DNA from: Octopus sinensis
Lineage: Eukaryota
DNA: 64,000 bases
Reading direction: 5' to 3'
Assembly (NCBI RefSeq): GCF_006345805.1
Contig: NC_043026.1
Location: forward strand, 2,666,001-2,730,000
A model generated the notes under the pieces. That model saw nothing but the letters and a program-made list of their open reading frames with translations. It made no database searches and was not told where the DNA came from. The position numbers and the translations under genes are program-made. Below, in pieces: positions 52,354-64,000 of this stretch; within the stretch, counting starts at the first letter, position 1; every line of letters starts with the position of its first letter.

Positions 52354-53573
52354 CAGGGGTTGGACAAAATAATGGAAACAGCTTAAAATTTCAAACAAAT
52401 TCTTTTTAATATTGGGAAGAACCGCCTTTGGCAATAATTACAGCTTAAATTCTATGAGGTATGGACTCGTACAAAGTTTTAAGTGTTTCCAAAGGAATTT
52501 TTGTCCATTCTTCAGCTAAAACAGTCTCCACTTCTTGTAGTGATGATGGTGGAGGATATTGACACCTTGTTTTTCTAAAATGAACCATGAAAATAAAATA
52601 ATATTGAGATCTACGGACTGTGGTGGCCAGATAAGATGTTCAACTTGACTAGTATGTTTCTCGTGCCATTCGGTAACAACTTCAGCTGTGTGAATTGGTG
52701 CATTATCATCCTGAAAGATTGTATTTCCATCCAGAAACAGTTCTGCAACCATAGGATGAATTTGATCAGATAAAATGCTTAAATAATCTTGACATTTAAT
52801 TCTACCATTAAGGGAAACCATTGGGCTGGCGGATTTCCAAGATATAGCCCCCACCAGATCATCACAGATCCTCTTCCATATTTAACAGTTAGAAGAAGGC
52901 AGTCTGGGTCAAATGCTTCTTTTGGCTCCCTCCACACATATACTTGGCCAGTGGTCGTAAATAAGGTAAAGGATGACTCTTCCAAAAAAATAACATGCTT
53001 CCATTGATCTAGGGACCAATTCTGTAGGTTTTTACTTCACTCTAAATGTTTTGCTACGTTTATTTTTGAAAGTAGTGGTTTTCTGATTGCAGCCTTCCCA
53101 TTAAACCCAGCTTTGTGCAGCTCCTGGCAAACAGTTTTTGTGGAAACTGGGTTCTCGAGGTGGTCATTAAGCTCTGCAGTAATTTTGGGAGCTGTATTTT
53201 TTGTGATCCTTTCTAATAATTCGTGTAAGAGTCTGATGGTCCCTGGAGGTTTTTCCCTCTTTCTCAAAGGCTGTCATTACTTTCGAGGCACTACTTCTTG
53301 ATACACCAAACATTGTGGCTGTTTTCATTATGCTAGCACCTGTCATATAAGCACCAACAATTTGACCTCTTTGGAAGTCCAATCAATTTGTCATTTTAAT
53401 GAATTTTAATTACCTTTTTCTGATGATATCTGAAAAGAAAGAGCAATTTTAGCAAAACATATTAAGCAACACTAATAATAAATCAAGAAACAAAACTAAA
53501 CAAGCTTTTGACAGTTTTGTAGATATTTCAAAATTATGATGCTAGGTGTTTCCATTATTTTGTCCAACCCCAA
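52354..53573 (-). mobile_element. Full-length but decayed Tc1 DNA transposon
   Basis: TIRs CAGGGGTTGGACAAAATAATGGAAACA (52354-52380) and TGTTTCCATTATTTTGTCCAACCCC (53547-53571). FQRGQIVGA, ESSFTLF, GSVMIW, FQDDNAPIHT and WPPQSVDLNII lie in separate frames. Confidence 0.9.
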
Positions 53574-53707
53574 TATGTATATATATATATATACACATGC
53601 ATGTATATGTATAAATATATACATACCTATATATATGTGTGTGTGTACATACATATGTACACAAACATGTATTTGTATGTATGTATATACATATCTATCT
53701 ATATGTC

Positions 53708-53759
<52 letters not shown>

Positions 53760-54013
53760 TATATATATGACATACTTTAAGCTTGCTGACACACATATAT
53801 TAATACATTTTTATACTGTCAGCTATATATATATATATATATATCCATGCATGTATGTATTTACATATGTATATATATATATATATATAATATATATATA
53901 TATATTATATATATATATATATATACATATATATATTCATATTCGTGTATGTATATATGTATCCATATATATATATGTATTTTTATATTTGTATATATAT
54001 ATATATTATATAT

Positions 54014-54069
<56 letters not shown>

Positions 54070-54394
54070 GTATATATATATGTGTGTGAGTGTATGTGTA
54101 TGTAGATATATACTTACACACAGATTATACCTGTATATTTACCCAGTTTATTAATGCATGTGTGTACTAATTGAATATAGATAGATATAGATTTATATGT
54201 TTATGTGTGTGTGTATGTATACTTATATATATATATACATATATATATATATTTAAGTAGGTGAATGAATTATCCTAGTATTGATAATTCGGTTAATTGA
54301 TACCTGGGTAGCAAATTCACGTCAGAAAACACGGTTGAAGCTACATGCCAAGGCAGAAACCCCGTGTTCTTGTGTGGAAATTTGTGTGTTTTTT

Positions 54395-54621
54395 TATATG
54401 AATAAATGAAAGAATGGAGTCGAACGAAGATTTTAACAAAATTCCTTTACTCTCAACACATGTTTCGAAAACTGCATACTCTTAATTCCGAAGGAATAAA
54501 GGGTGCATTATGGCCATCTCCTCATCAGGAAAGACAAGGAACCTCTATCAGCCTCAAGACGAACAAAAACTTTTTTATGACTTGTTAAAATCTTCGTTCG
54601 ACTCCATTCTTTCATTTATTC

Positions 54622-54626
<5 letters not shown>
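54395..54626. repeat. Fold-back element with a hammerhead in the loop
   Basis: 54395-54439 is inverse to 54582-54626; a related fragment lies at about 22250-22355. Confidence 0.85.
54450..54533 (-). ncRNA. Hammerhead ribozyme motif, probably decayed at the cleavage site
   Basis: Minus strand: CTTTC-CTGATGA-GGAGA...TTTTC-GAAAC-ATGT-GTT-GAGAG. The GTT triplet is consistent with CpG decay of GTC. Confidence 0.6.
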
Positions 54627-54667
<41 letters not shown>

Positions 54668-54891
54668 ATATAAATATATACATGCACACACACACACATG
54701 TACATATATGTTAATATATGCATATATATCTTTATAGATACGTACATTTAATTTCTGCAAACATTTATTATTGTATTTATATCTCCAAGAAGCTTCTTGC
54801 TACAGTATAATATATTTGAAAAATGAGTAGAGATGGCTTTTGGTGGAATAATTTTTATTCTAATGATAATGTGTACAGTTTCTTTTTATGT

Positions 54892-55391
54892 AGAGGCTGT
54901 CCACAAAGTCTGGGTACATGGGGATGAACACATCATCATTTAGCGTCCGCTTTCCATGCTGGCATGGGTTGAATGGTTCAACTGGGGTCTGGGAAGCCAG
55001 AAGGCTGCACCAGGCCCAGTCTGATCTGGCAGTGTTTCTACTGCTGGATGCCCTTCCTAACGCCAACCACTCCGTGAGTGTAGTGGGTGCTTTTTACGTG
55101 CCACTGGCACGGGGTCCAGGCGAGGCTGGCAACGGCCACGCTCGGATGGTGCTTTTTACGTGCCACCAGCATGGAGGCCCGTCGGGCCGGTGCTGGCAAC
55201 AGCCACGATCGGATGGCTCTCTTACGTGCCACCGGCACTGGTATCACAGCTACGATTTCCATTGATGTTGATCGATTTTAATTTTGATCTTTATTTTGAT
55301 TTTGATTAAAGAAATTCTTATTTCTTATATTAATTCTTTATGTTATGATTTTATTTACTCCATGTACCCAGACTTTGTGGACAACCTGTAT
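54892..55391. mobile_element. Tc1/mariner-type MITE with an RTE tail (D, about 54931-55270) nested inside
   Basis: TGTCCACAAAGTCTGGGTACATGG and its inverse CCATGTACCCAGACTTTGTGGACA. Confidence 0.75.
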
Positions 55392-55734
55392 ATCAGTCTT
55401 TAAAAATAACAAAACCACTTCCAAAAGATAAATCTGATCGATTTTCCTTTCCTTTGACCAACGATATGTCTACATTGAGAAATAGTTAGCTGTGATTCAC
55501 AACAATCTGGCAGTTTTGCTGGCAAAGCTCAAAGACAATCCTTGTCATCAATATCATAGTTAACATGAAGGCGAACCAGCAGAAAAAATTCTGCCCATTT
55601 CGGGTTTCTGGGAAAGATTGGGGTAGCAACTTCAGACACCTCCAGAGTTTCTGTTGTAGGTAATGACAATGTTTAAGTTATTGTAGAAGCGTCAGTTCTA
55701 AGTTGATGAGAATTGGTTGTATTAATGTTAAATA

Positions 55735-56117
55735 TGCGCAGGAGTGGCTGTGTGGTAAGTAGCTTGCTAACGAACCACATGGTTCCGGGTTCAGTCCCAC
55801 TGCGTGGCACCTTGGGCAAGTGTCTTCTACTATAGCCTCGGGCCGACCAAAGCCTTGTGAGTGGATTTGGTAGATGGAAACTGAAAGAAGCCTGTCGTAT
55901 ATATGTATGTGTGTGTGTGTCTGTGTTTGTCCCCCCAGCATTGCTTGACAACCTATGCTGGTGTGTTTACGTCCCCATCACTTAGCAGTTCGGCAAAGGA
56001 GACCGATAGAATAAGTACTGGGCTTACAAAAGAATAAGTCCCGGGGTCGAGTTGCTCAAAGGCGGTGCTCCAGCATGGCCACAGTCAAATGACTGAAACA
56101 AGTAAAAGAGTAAAGAG
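55735..56117 (+). mobile_element. SINE family A
   Basis: Matches the family. Confidence 0.85.
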
Positions 56118-56555
56118 TATGGTACGATATTCTTCAGATTGAACCCCCAGGCACTCACATTCCACTTTGGTAGAATTTTCATCTTCTTTCGGACAGTCGC
56201 TATCGCAATATTCCATGTGGTCTGACATGTCGTTTCAACTTGCAACTTTACAAGTTGGATTCCTCATTCGCCAACAACTGTCTCATCAATTGAATTGCTG
56301 ACCATTCTTTGAGTTGATATTTTATTTTGCACCTGCTCAATGTAGACATTTTGGTGGTCAAAGAAAAGGAAAAATAGATCAGAAGTGGAAGTGTTTTTTT
56401 TTTTGTTTTAAAGATTGATATATAAAAAAAAAAACTGTAAATAAACATTATCATTAAAATAAAAACTATTCTCCTAAAAGCCATCACTACTCATTCTTTC
56501 AAATACATATATGTGTGTGTATGTATGTATACATATATATACACATACACACACT

Positions 56556-56591
<36 letters not shown>

Positions 56592-56753
56592 CATAAATAC
56601 ATATATATAAATAAATACATAGATGCATACATAAATATATATATATATATACACACAGATATATATACTTATAATTATATATGTATGTGTATTTAGTGAT
56701 ATATATATATATATATATAGACATATATATATATATATACTTATATATAAATA

Positions 56754-56806
<53 letters not shown>

Positions 56807-57034
56807 TATATACATACTTACATATACATACACTTAATTGTGTTTATACCTGCCATGTGTCCCCAAAAGTATAGACCCACAAATATAGATTCCATTTCAA
56901 AGTTTTTAGAATTTACAAGTAGAATTTAATTTGGGAGTGATGGCCATTCTGGTGCAATCCCTGCTGAGTAAAGGGAAGCAACAGAATCACTAAGATCAAG
57001 AAACTTTCATTCCTTACTTATGTACATTTTCATT

Positions 57035-57540
57035 GGAGGTGGTCATGTGTATTTAGCTGATGATCGTCGGGTTGTGAGTTCAATTCTTGGCTTCACATTG
57101 TGTTCTTGAGCAAGACACTTTATTTCATGTTGCTCCAGGTCACTCGGCCAGTAATTCAAAGGGGCCATTTTGTCACACTGAATTTCCTTGAGAACTAAAT
57201 TAAGGGCATGCATGTCTGTGGAGTGTTCAGCCACTAGCACTCTATTTTCAAGAGCAGGCTGTTCCATTGATCGGATCAACTGGAACCCTCGTCTTCGTAA
57301 CCGGCGGAGCACCAGTTAGTTGCAACAGTGCTTAATAATTAGGATATTCATGACCAAACGATCATGAATTCGATTTCCGACAATGTGTTGTGTCCTTGAG
57401 CAAGACACTTTATTCAATGTTCAAAGTGCCAGCCTTGTCACATTCTGTGACATGCTGAATCTCCCTGGGAACTATGTTAAGGTTATGCATGTCTGTGGAG
57501 TACTCAGCCACTTGCATGCTAATTTCACAAGCAAGCTGTT
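57035..57540 (+). mobile_element. Two degenerate CORE-like SINE copies
   Basis: TTGTGTTCTTGAGCAAGACACTTT core followed by a shared GCATGTCTGTGGAGT segment. Confidence 0.55.
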
Positions 57541-57545
57541 CTATT

Positions 57546-57945
57546 GGCGCAGGAGTGGCTGTGTGGTAAGTAGCTTGCTAACCAACCATATGGTTCTGGG
57601 TTCAGTCCCACTGCGTGGCATCTTGGGCAAGTGTCTTCTGCTATAGCCCCGGGCCGACCAATGCCTTGTGAGTGGATTTGGTAGACGGAAACTGAAAGAA
57701 TCCTGTCGTATATATGTATATATATATATGTGTGTGTGTGTGTTTGTGTTTGTCCCCCTAGCATTGCTTGACAACCGATGCTGGTGTGTTTACGTCCACG
57801 TCACTTAGCGGTTCGGCAAAAGAGACCGATAGATTAAGTACTGGGCTTACAAAGAATAAGTCCCGGGGTCGATTTGCTCGACTAAAGGCGGTACTCCAGC
57901 ATGGCCGCAGTCAAATGACTGAAACAAGTAAAAGAGTAAAAGAGT
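57546..57945 (+). mobile_element. SINE family A
   Basis: Matches the family. Confidence 0.85.
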
Positions 57946-59115
57946 ATTGATCAAAATTAAACTAGAACCTTTGTCATCATAACCGATGGAGCACCAGTTA
58001 TCTTTGAATTTGCTTTCATCCACTGGTTTCGGTTTTGTACCAAAACCTTTGTTCTTTTAGAATTCACATAAAAATGTCTGGTGTTGTGAGGTCCAGCAAA
58101 CAAGGGGTCTGGTACCTCACCTCTTCTCCCAATCGTTCTCCTTGGCAAAATCTCAGTAAGAGATGTCCTTATGTGACCATGGCAGTATTATGATGCTGCT
58201 AATATTATTCCAAAACCTGTTCTTGAATGTTCAGTATGAAAGATTGCCACACCAGTTTCTAATGCACCGGACCAGTCTTGGTTCCATCAAGAAGGAATGG
58301 TCCAGTTATTTTTTGTTTTTTAGGATGAGCCAGCACCATACTGTTACTTAGAGTTAATTCTCATGGTATTCCTCCCTAACATACGGATTCTCAAATCAGT
58401 GCAGTTGTGGCTAATTAAGCCACTCAATTAAAATGTAGCTTCATTATTCCTATAGAAAAAGTATGTGTCTTCTGCACATTTTACCAAGTCCCTTTCTCAG
58501 AGCTTCACCCTTTTCTCAGAGTCGTCTTTTATTAAATGCATGGACCTTTCTTGAAATGAAATTTTTCCAATGAAAGCACATCAAAATGCGATGGATGCTT
58601 GATGCTGAGATTTCTATTCCTGTCACTCATTTATCACACCAAAATTTTTGCTTTGAGCTCTGGCAATATGTTCCTCAATCATTCCTTGTTTGGTGTGGCT
58701 CCTCAACATTCACATTCTTCAGGAACATTTCTTGTGGCTATTCCAGACTGTTCTGTTTGCTTCTGACTCAAGTGATGCTAAGTCGCAGAACTCAATCGGT
58801 TTCAAACTCCCTCCTAAACTGTCTTTACACTTCCCACAGCAATTTCAAACTTCCCACAGCATTTTCAGAGGAATTTCTTTTATTCAAAGCTTAGCCTAGC
58901 TCCCTTCATTATTTCAAATGGGTTACATCAAAACAGAAATGAAGATTATATATACATTATTTTGGGTCCCTTCCCCCGTATATGTAAGTATACATATATA
59001 TATATACATACACCTTTTATATATATGTATGTGTATATATTTATGTATAAATTATACTGCTGTTATGATACTAGTATGTATATAACTACTCCACCATATA
59101 TATATATATATATAT

Positions 59116-59482
59116 AAATATCGTGTACATTAAAACACATCAAGAGGCTTCCAAATAGGAAAGCCTTGTGCTAGAAAGAACAGTAGAAAACTCAAACCAC
59201 TAATTAGGGATAAATTCTCAAAAGGAATGAAAATTAAAAATGTTTACCATCTTATTTAGTTCCTCGACCATAGTTTCTAACTAATTCCAGTAAAATAATA
59301 TTTACTGAGGCTAGTTTTCATCAGTAGGAAGCCTACTAGGAACTAAATAAGATGGTAAACGTTTTTAATTTTCATTCCTTTCAAGAATTCCTAATTAGTG
59401 ATTTGAGTTTTCTACTGCTCTTTCTAGCACAAGGCTTTCTTATTTGGAAGCCTCTTGATGTGTTTTAATGCACACGATATTT
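59116..59482. repeat. Fold-back element (about 145-bp arms) with hammerhead and CTAGGCCACTGGT tail
   Basis: 59116-59264 is inverse to 59338-59482; tail motif at 59527-59539. Confidence 0.9.
59260..59330 (-). ncRNA. Hammerhead ribozyme motif with one stem I mismatch
   Basis: Minus strand: TTCCTA-CTGATGA-A-AACTA...CAGTAAA/TTTACTG...TAGTT-A-GAAAC-TATG-GTC-GAGGAA. Confidence 0.55.
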
Positions 59483-59754
59483 CTATGTGAATAATATATA
59501 GTCTATTGACTAATTCTTTTTTTGTGCTAGGCCACTGGTATTAATAATTTATATAATTCTTATTACCCTAATGTTATTTATTATGTTTATATATATATAT
59601 ATAAATATATATATACATGTGTAAGTGTATGTCTGTATGTATACTGCAATTATTGTACAAGCATATAAAAGGCGTTGACAGTATTCAAAATTCTGAAATT
59701 TCATAACATAAGCTCACAGCAAACCTTGTATTGTCTTCTGCTTCATGTGATATG

Positions 59755-59793
<39 letters not shown>

Positions 59794-60084
59794 ACACACA
59801 CACACACACATACACATGTGCGCCACATGATATCCATGTATCAGAAACTCTGGTCCAAATGCATACCAATTTTTACCTTGTTTTATATTCTATTTAAACT
59901 CTCAGTGATATCAAACATACATAACCTTTTTATTCACTGGACTGTATATAATAAAACTTGATATTTACCATATCTGGACCAGTCTACGTTCATTCTATAC
60001 TATTGTTGTTATTGTTATTATTATTATTATTATTATTAGTATCATCATTGTCCTGTTATTACTCTCCCTCTTTTCTCTTTTGCA

Positions 60085-60256
60085 GCCATGCTGGAGCACC
60101 GCCTTTAGTCGAGCAAATCGACCCCGGGACTTATTCTTTTGTAAGCCCAGTACTTATTCTATCGGTCTCTTTTGCCGAACCGCTAATGTGACGGGGACGT
60201 AAACACACCAGCATCGGTTGTCAAGCAATGCTAAGGGGACAAACACAGACACACAA

Positions 60257-60287
<31 letters not shown>

Positions 60288-60462
60288 CATACACATATAC
60301 GACAGGCTTCTTTCAGTTTCCGTCTACCGAATCCACTCACAAGGCATTGGTCGGCCCGGGGCTATAGCAGAAGACACTTGCCCAAGATGCCACGCAGTGG
60401 GACTGAACCTGGAACCATGTGGTTGGTTAGCAAGCTACTTACCACACAGCCACTCCTGCGCC
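60085..60462 (-). mobile_element. SINE family A
   Basis: Matches the family. Confidence 0.85.
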
Positions 60463-60469
60463 TTACTAT

Positions 60470-60736
60470 TATTTATTTCTTTGCTACCCACAAGGGGCTG
60501 AACACAGAGGGGACAAATAAGGACAGGCTGAACACAGAGGGGACAAATAAGGACAGACAAACGGATTAAGTCGATTACATCGACCCCAGTGCGTAACTGG
60601 TACTTAATTTATCAACCCCGAAAGGATGAAAGGCAAAGTCGACCTCGGCAGAATTTGAACTCAGAACGTAACGGCAGACAAAATACAGCTACACATTACG
60701 CCCGGCATGCTAACGATTCTGCCGGCTCACCGCCTT
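60470..60736 (-). mobile_element. SINE family C
   Basis: tRNA-like head (GAGTTCAAATTC B box) and GCCTTTCATCCTTTCGGGGT body. Confidence 0.8.
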
Positions 60737-61047
60737 TTATTACTAATATTATCATTATCATTATGTGATGAAAACAGTGTATTTTGCTGGGTATGATGGA
60801 AAGTGTCAGCTGTCCACAGCCAGCAGACTAAAGGTTACTCTTGTTTTACTGGTCAAGCTTCAAGAACCCTGCGACGAATTCTTGCAGTTCCAAGCAATGC
60901 TGATTTTTGTAGGTGTCCTACCTTCACACTTGCATGCTATGTCAGTTATCATGCATGGACGTTAAACAATGATGATGATGTTCTTTCTTTTTTATTCACC
61001 ACAACAATGTCCAGTGTTATTATTATTATTATTATTATTGTTGTTGT

Positions 61048-61541
61048 TGAGTGAGAGCGCAGTGCATGCCATCAAAGTGAAACTGGGGTAAAATATACGA
61101 AGCCCAGTATACCCATCATGACTACCCGTCTGATAAGGGTACACTAAGGCACATGCATCACAACCATATGTGCGCGACATGGTGATCTCATATCAAGATA
61201 AACAGCGCATGACCTTGCAGGTGGGGGCCCAGTTAGAATTTTCTTCTGGTCGAGTAACCCATCCCGCTCAAAAGGTCCCTGAATAAGGGTTGTTTAAGGA
61301 TGTTGAACGAACCACCCATGTTTCCAAAGGTGAATTATCCAAACCCCAAAGAATCCCTCTCAACACATGGCTATGATGCTCCCCCACTACTTCTGCTCGT
61401 GATCAGAGATGCACATATTGTCAGCCACCAAGGGACATGCTCAACTGGTCTAAGGTCAAACAGCTGACAAGCAAATCTGTGGTATTGATCAGAATATTTG
61501 CTGTAGCCCATCTTTTATACCAAGACAAAACAATGTACATG

Positions 61542-61542
<1 letters not shown>
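61048..61542 (-). mobile_element. Family E element, about 60 bp shorter at its 5' end, in (TAA)n
   Basis: Matches 10876-11435; TTA/TTG runs on both sides. Confidence 0.8.
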
Positions 61543-61575
<33 letters not shown>

Positions 61576-61611
61576 TATTATTATTATTATATTATTATTA
61601 TTATTCTGCCA

Positions 61612-62660
61612 GGAAGTGAGTTGGCAGAATTGTTAGCAAGCTGGATGAAAGGCTTAGCAGTATTTCCCCCATCACCATGTTCTGATTTCAAATTCCACTG
61701 AAATTAACTTAACCTTTCATCCTTTCAGGATCAATAAGATAAGTACCAGTTGTACACTGGGGTTGATGTAGTAATCGATTCACCTCCCCCTCCATCAAAA
61801 AATAGTTGCCCTTGTGGCAAAATTTGAAGCCATTATTATGATTATTATTATATAAGGTGGTGTGCTGGCAGAATCGTTAACACACCAGGTGAAATGCTTA
61901 GCGGCAACCTGGCAGAATCGTTAGCACGCTGGACTAAATGCTTTGTGGTATTTCGTCTGCCGTTACGTTCTGAGTTCAAATTCTGCCGAGGTCGACTTTG
62001 CCTTTCATCCTCTTGGGGTCGATTAAATAAGTACCAGTGACACGCACTGGGGTCAATGTAATCGACTTAATCTGTTTGTCTGTCCTTGTTTGTCCCCTCT
62101 GTGTTTAGCCCCTTGGTATTTCGTAGGTATTTCGTATGTATTTACATTCTGAGTTCAAACTCCGCCGAGGTCGACTTTGCCTTTCATCCTTTCGGGGTTG
62201 ATAAATTAAGTACCAGTGATGCACTGGGGTCGATGTAATCGACTAAATCCATTTGTCCCCTCTGTGTCTAGCTCCTTGTGGGTAGTCAAGAAATAGGTAT
62301 TTCGTCTGCCGTTACATTCTGAGTTCAAATTCCACCGAGGTCGACTATACCGTTCATCCATTTGGGGATAATAAATTAAGTACCAGTTGCGTACAGGGGT
62401 CAATGTAATCGACTCTTCCCCACCACCCAATTTCTGGCCTTTTGCCTAGAGTCGAACGGATTGTTATTGTCGGTGTTGTTAGGGTGGCAAGCTGGCCGCA
62501 TTGAGTAAAAGTCTTGGGGCCATTTCATCCGTCTTTACAATCTGTGTTCAAATTCCACTGGGGTCAACTTTACTTTCCATCATTTTGGGGGTCAATAAAA
62601 TAAGTAGCAGTCATGAACTGGGGTCAGTGTAATTGACTTGCAGTCTTACCAGACTTACTG
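61612..62660 (+). mobile_element. Cluster of about 5 tandem or partial SINE family C copies
   Basis: Repeated TTCAAATTC(C/T)(A/G)C.GAGGTCGACTTTGCCTTTCATCC...TAAGTACCAG...CTGGGGTC units. Confidence 0.75.
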
Positions 62661-62700
62661 GCCTTGTCCATCTAGTGACAGACAGAGATAAAGTATTAAT

Positions 62701-62731
<31 letters not shown>

Positions 62732-62902
62732 CACGAGTCTTGAAAGACCATGGATCCGTATCTGGAGAATTTGTATCAGCTGCTGTTAGTGGCACAGTGT
62801 GCTGCTGGTGGCACAATGTCTGCATTTGAAGAAACTCTCCACCAGCACTGTAGACTTTTCTTCTCCTCCTCCTTTTTCTTCTTTTCCTCCTATCATCATC
62901 AT

Positions 62903-63380
62903 CATCACCATCATCATTTATTGTCTGCTTTCCATGCTGGCATGAGTTGGACGGTTTGACTGAGAACTGGCAAGCCAGGAGGCTGCACCAGGCTCCAATC
63001 TGATCTAGTAAGGTTTCTACAGCTGGATGCCCTTCCTTAATGCCAACCACTCTGAGAGTGTAGTGGGTGCTTTTTACATGCTACCGGCACAGGAGCCAGT
63101 CAAGTGGCACTGGCAACGACCATGCTTGAATGGTGCTTTTTACATGCCACCAGCACAGGAGCCAGTCAGGTGGCATGGCAGTGACCACGCTCGAATGGTG
63201 CTTTTTTATGTGCCACCAGAAACCATGATCTATGCCAGTGTAGCATAGTACCTGTCAGAGTACATGTCAATCATTGGGCAATAAATTGTGCTTGAGAAGA
63301 CCTGTTGTCTCCAGTGAAATCAACGTGGCCGATGCCAGTGCTGCCTGATTGGCACATAAAAAGCACCGTTTGAACGTGGC
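62903..63380 (-). mobile_element. RTE tail fragment (family D)
   Basis: Matches the family, with about 3 internal repeats. Confidence 0.7.
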
Positions 63381-63392
63381 CTTTCTATACTC

Positions 63393-63775
63393 TTACTTTT
63401 TACTCTTTAACTAGTTTCAGTCATTTGACTGCAGCCATGCTGGAGCACCGCCTTTAATCGAGCAACTCGACCCTTATACTTTTGTAAGCCCAGTACTTAT
63501 TCTATCGGTCTCTTTTGCCGAACTGCTAAGTAACAGGGACGTAAACACACCAGCATCGGTTGTCAAGCAACCAAACATACACGCACACACATATATATAT
63601 ACATATATACGACAGGCTTCTTTCAGTTTCCGTCTACCAAATCCACTCACAAGGCATTGGTCGGCCCGGGGCTATAGCAGAAGACACTTGCCCAAGATGC
63701 CACGCAGTGGGACTGAACCCGGAACCATGTGGCTGGTTAGCAAGCTACTTACCACACAGCCACTCCTGTGCCTAT
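63393..63775 (-). mobile_element. SINE family A
   Basis: Matches the family. Confidence 0.85.
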
Positions 63776-64000
63776 GGCCAGAATAATTTTTTTTTTAATA
63801 CTGATTTGGCAGTTAGTAATAAATGAAAGTCCATGAAATGAAATCGCAATTGCAGTAGGCAATTATATCTTACTTGAGGTATATTTTGTATCATGTACTG
63901 AGTTTTCTCGCAATGCCTGACGCAACTGCATTGAAGCTTTATTGTCAATGATAAAGAAAGGCAAACCTTTATAGCAAACATGCAAATAGAATAATGGCAT

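Noticed and set aside
56210-56285. Minus-strand GAAAC-GACAT-GTC with an upstream hairpin as a hammerhead
   Set aside because: The core reads CGAATGA and stem I does not pair.
57957-58900. Possible hAT transposase relic (ITGAPSVM resembles TDGAP.M)
   Set aside because: A single short motif, no TIRs, too degraded to support.

Overview
AT-rich, microsatellite-dense eukaryotic DNA. The SINE/LINE content looks like an octopus (cephalopod) genome; this is recognition from memory, not a database check. One host gene is supported: the 3' part of a + strand voltage-gated Ca-channel gamma subunit / TARP (stargazin)-like tetraspan. It has GT-AG, phase-1 exons at 13668-13757, 17617-17751 and 30668-32042; earlier exons were not found and probably lie upstream of the window. 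The last exon has a 1-nt frameshift in a CAA tract near 31049. The frame that continues encodes a ~330-aa polyQ, tyrosine-motif-rich tail. The rest is transposon-derived: several tRNA-derived SINE families, RTE, CR1-type and R4/Dong LINE fragments, a TAA-targeting non-autonomous element, Tc1/mariner relics, MITEs and Penelope-like RT and GIY-YIG fragments. The most notable unannotated signal is a set of short fold-back (inverted-repeat) elements carrying type I hammerhead ribozyme motifs. Two of them (34947-35006 and 35457-35525, + strand) fold by hand into complete ribozymes about 3 kb downstream of the gene's stop codon. Most ORFs in the supplied track are microsatellite artefacts. TE coordinates are approximate, read by eye.
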